Assembly (NCBI GenBank): GCA_965221775.1
Contig: CBDCSU010000004.1
Coordinates: forward strand, 224,001 to 288,000
Direction of reading: 5' to 3'
DNA: 64,000 nt
DNA from: Candidatus Latescibacterota bacterium
Lineage (GTDB): Bacteria > Latescibacterota > UBA2968 > UBA8231
The first letter of the stretch is position 1; each line of letters begins with the position of its first letter. Shown piece by piece: positions 61,949 through 64,000 of this stretch. A program made the position numbers and the translations under genes. Under the pieces are notes generated by a model. It saw only the letters and a program-made list of their open reading frames with translations, was not told the origin of the DNA and did not search any database.

Positions 61949-63478
61949 ATGTCCCTCGACAGGGATCGCGAACTCACAGGCCACTCGGGCCTCTCCCTCG
62001 GCCGGCGGGCCGGATGGCTCACCCTGGGCCGGATCTCCCATACCGCCGCCCTGCTGCTGGTGGGAGCGATCCTCTCGCGCGCCCTGCCACCGGAGGAGTA
62101 CGGGCAGTACCAACAGGCATGGGTCTACCTGAACATCGCGATCCCCCTGTTCCTCTTCGGGATGCCGGTGAGCCTCAGCTACTTCCTGGCCCCCGCGGAA
62201 GGACCCGCCCGGGACCGACGCGCCGCTCGGCATGTGCTCCTGATCCTGCTCTTCGCCGCTCTCTTCGCCCTGTGCGCCGGGGGCCTCTGGATGGGGGCCG
62301 CAGCGTTCTCCATCCCCGCCGAGGTGCGGGCCCTCATGCCGGCGGGCATCCTCATCGGCGCGGGGATGATCGCCTGCGGCTTCCTCGAGCCGGTTCTCAT
62401 CGTCTACGGCAGGCACAGAGTCCTCGCCGGGTCGCTGCTCCTCTTCGCGGCCCTGCACCTGACGGCGGTGCTGGCAGGCTGGTTCCTCGGGGGATCCCTC
62501 GAGTCGATCTTCGCCTGCCTGGGCGGCTCGGTGGTCCTGAGGGTGGTCTGGAGCTACCTCCTCCTCTTCCGGCTCCTGCGGCCCCTGTCCCTCGATCTGG
62601 TCCGGCAGCCTCTCGAGGATCCCCTGAAGTACGCGTGGCGCGTCGGCCTTCGCGACGGGATCGAGGTCCTGTCCCGGTTCGTCGACAAACTGATCTTCCT
62701 CTCCTTCTTCACCACCGCCCAGTTCGCCTTCTACCACAACGGCGCATGGGAGATCCCCGTCGTCATCTTCGTCCACTCCATGCTCGCCGTTCTGCTGCCC
62801 GAGCTGCGGGTGGCCTGCAGCCGCGGAGACATGGGCCAGGTCCTGAACCTGATGCACTTCGCCGCCAGAAGGGTGGCGCTGGTCCTCTTTCCGGCGGCGG
62901 CCTTCGCCTTCTCGGTGGCGCCCGAGCTGACGAGCTTCCTCTTCGGAGAGGACTACCGCGACAGTGGCGCCTACCTGCGGGTCTTCCTCCTCCTGCTGCC
63001 CCTGCGGGTCTCGACGGCCGGACTCGTCCTGCTGGCGGCCAACCGGACGCGGGCGGTGCTCCTGGGCACCGGGGTCGACCTGGTGCTGGCCGCCGTACTG
63101 GGAGTGGCCCTGGTACCGTGGCTGGGGACGCTGGCGCCGGCCGTGGCCCTGGTGGTGAGCACGTCCTGCCAGGTGGGGTTCTACAACTGGCGGGCCTCGA
63201 CGGTCATCGGCCGGCCCCTGCAGGAGGTCCTGCCGTGGCCGGTCCTCGGGAGGCTGGCCCTGCCGAGCGTGGCGGCGGCCCTGGGCGCGGCTCTCTGCGC
63301 GCGCTTCGAATCGGCTCTCCTGAACCTGCTGACCGCCGGTATCGTCTTCGTCCTGCTGCTCTGCGGGCTGGGCCTGGGCCTGCGGCTGTTCGACGCCAGG
63401 GAGCGGGTCCTGCTGGGGACGTGGGCGAGATCCGTGGCGGCGAGGTGCCGGTCGGTCCTGCTCCCCCGCGGCGACTGA
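61949..63478 (+). CDS. Wzx/MOP-family oligosaccharide flippase
   Basis: ILSR.L..EEYG.Y, FGMP.SL.YF, VDK, FAFY.NGA.EIP, LFGEDY..S; about 14 TM segments. Confidence 0.85.
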   Translation: MSLDRDRELTGHSGLSLGRRAGWLTLGRISHTAALLLVGAILSRALPPEEYGQYQQAWVYLNIAIPLFLFGMPVSLSYFLAPAEGPARDRRAARHVLLILLFAALFALCAGGLWMGAAAFSIPAEVRALMPAGILIGAGMIACGFLEPVLIVYGRHRVLAGSLLLFAALHLTAVLAGWFLGGSLESIFACLGGSVVLRVVWSYLLLFRLLRPLSLDLVRQPLEDPLKYAWRVGLRDGIEVLSRFVDKLIFLSFFTTAQFAFYHNGAWEIPVVIFVHSMLAVLLPELRVACSRGDMGQVLNLMHFAARRVALVLFPAAAFAFSVAPELTSFLFGEDYRDSGAYLRVFLLLLPLRVSTAGLVLLAANRTRAVLLGTGVDLVLAAVLGVALVPWLGTLAPAVALVVSTSCQVGFYNWRASTVIGRPLQEVLPWPVLGRLALPSVAAALGAALCARFESALLNLLTAGIVFVLLLCGLGLGLRLFDARERVLLGTWARSVAARCRSVLLPRGD

Positions 63479-63508
63479 CGCAGCCACCGGGGGCGGCGGT
63501 TGCGGCCG

Positions 63509-64000
63509 TCAGCCTTCGGCGGCGATGGCCCGCACCGCGTCGACCGCCTCGGGATTGACGAGGCTGGAGGTGTCGCCGGGGTCCTCGCCGAGCCAGGCGG
63601 CCCTGAGGACGCGGCGCATCAGCTTGGCGTTTCGCGTCTTCGGCAGGTCGGGGACGAAGAGGACGCGTCCCGGCCGCAGGGGCCTGCCCATCTCCTCGAC
63701 GATGCGCTCGCCGAGGGCGGCCTCGAGATCCTCTCCGGCGGAGAACCCCTCCTCGAGCACGCAGAAGCAGACGATCTCCGCTCCCTTCAGCTCGTCCGGG
63801 ACACCGACGGCGCCGGCCTCGACCACCGCCGGGTGGGCCACCAGGACCGACTCGAACTCCGAGGGACCGACGCGTTTCCCGCCGACGTTGATCGTGTCGT
63901 CGGAGCGGCCCAGGATCCACCAGTGGCCGTCGTCGTCCACCAGGGCCCAGTCCCCGTGGACCCAGACATCGGGGAAGCGAGACCAGTAGGTCTCCAGGTA
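63509..64000 (-). CDS. Acetyl-CoA synthetase-like AMP-binding enzyme, C-terminal part (5' truncated by window)
   Basis: [33 protein letters not shown]. Confidence 0.9.
   Translation of the reverse strand, partial: YLETYWSRFPDVWVHGDWALVDDDGHWWILGRSDDTINVGGKRVGPSEFESVLVAHPAVVEAGAVGVPDELKGAEIVCFCVLEEGFSAGEDLEAALGERIVEEMGRPLRPGRVLFVPDLPKTRNAKLMRRVLRAAWLGEDPGDTSSLVNPEAVDAVRAIAAEG

Overview
A GC-rich (about 70% by eye), gene-dense bacterial chromosomal segment with roughly 60 CDS and two tRNAs (Thr-CGT, Asn-GTT). I saw no rRNA, CRISPR array, integrase or transposase. The gene mix (repeated PhyH dioxygenases, Gfo/Idh/MocA oxidoreductases, GH127, FGE-sulfatase lipoprotein, PorV-like barrel, Wzi, a region-1.1-less sigma70 with the FISYAVWW motif) suggests an FCB-superphylum lineage such as Latescibacterota; this is inference. 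Housekeeping genes include ftsA, ssb, eno, ppx, iscU, sodA, rny, dxr and queD, several outside their usual operons. The standout locus is a rewired phage-shock (Psp/ESCRT-III) system at 39.5-44.7 kb. It has PspF-type palindromic enhancer sites and a consensus sigma54 promoter, then pspA and four non-PspB/C small membrane proteins (one with a winged-helix-like tail, three related by an internal duplication, one missed by the ORF track). These are followed by a soluble TPR histidine kinase and a PspF-clade sigma54 activator that has gained a receiver domain and lost the PspA-binding W56 residue. Other leads are an AbfD-like flavoenzyme lacking Fe-S cysteines, an HTH protein with a beta-clamp-like motif, a Wzi-GT2-radical SAM-GT2 cluster, an orphan ftsA sharing a 20-bp palindromic bidirectional promoter with ssb, and a long structured leader on the sigma factor. 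All family calls come from motif recognition by eye; no database search was run.
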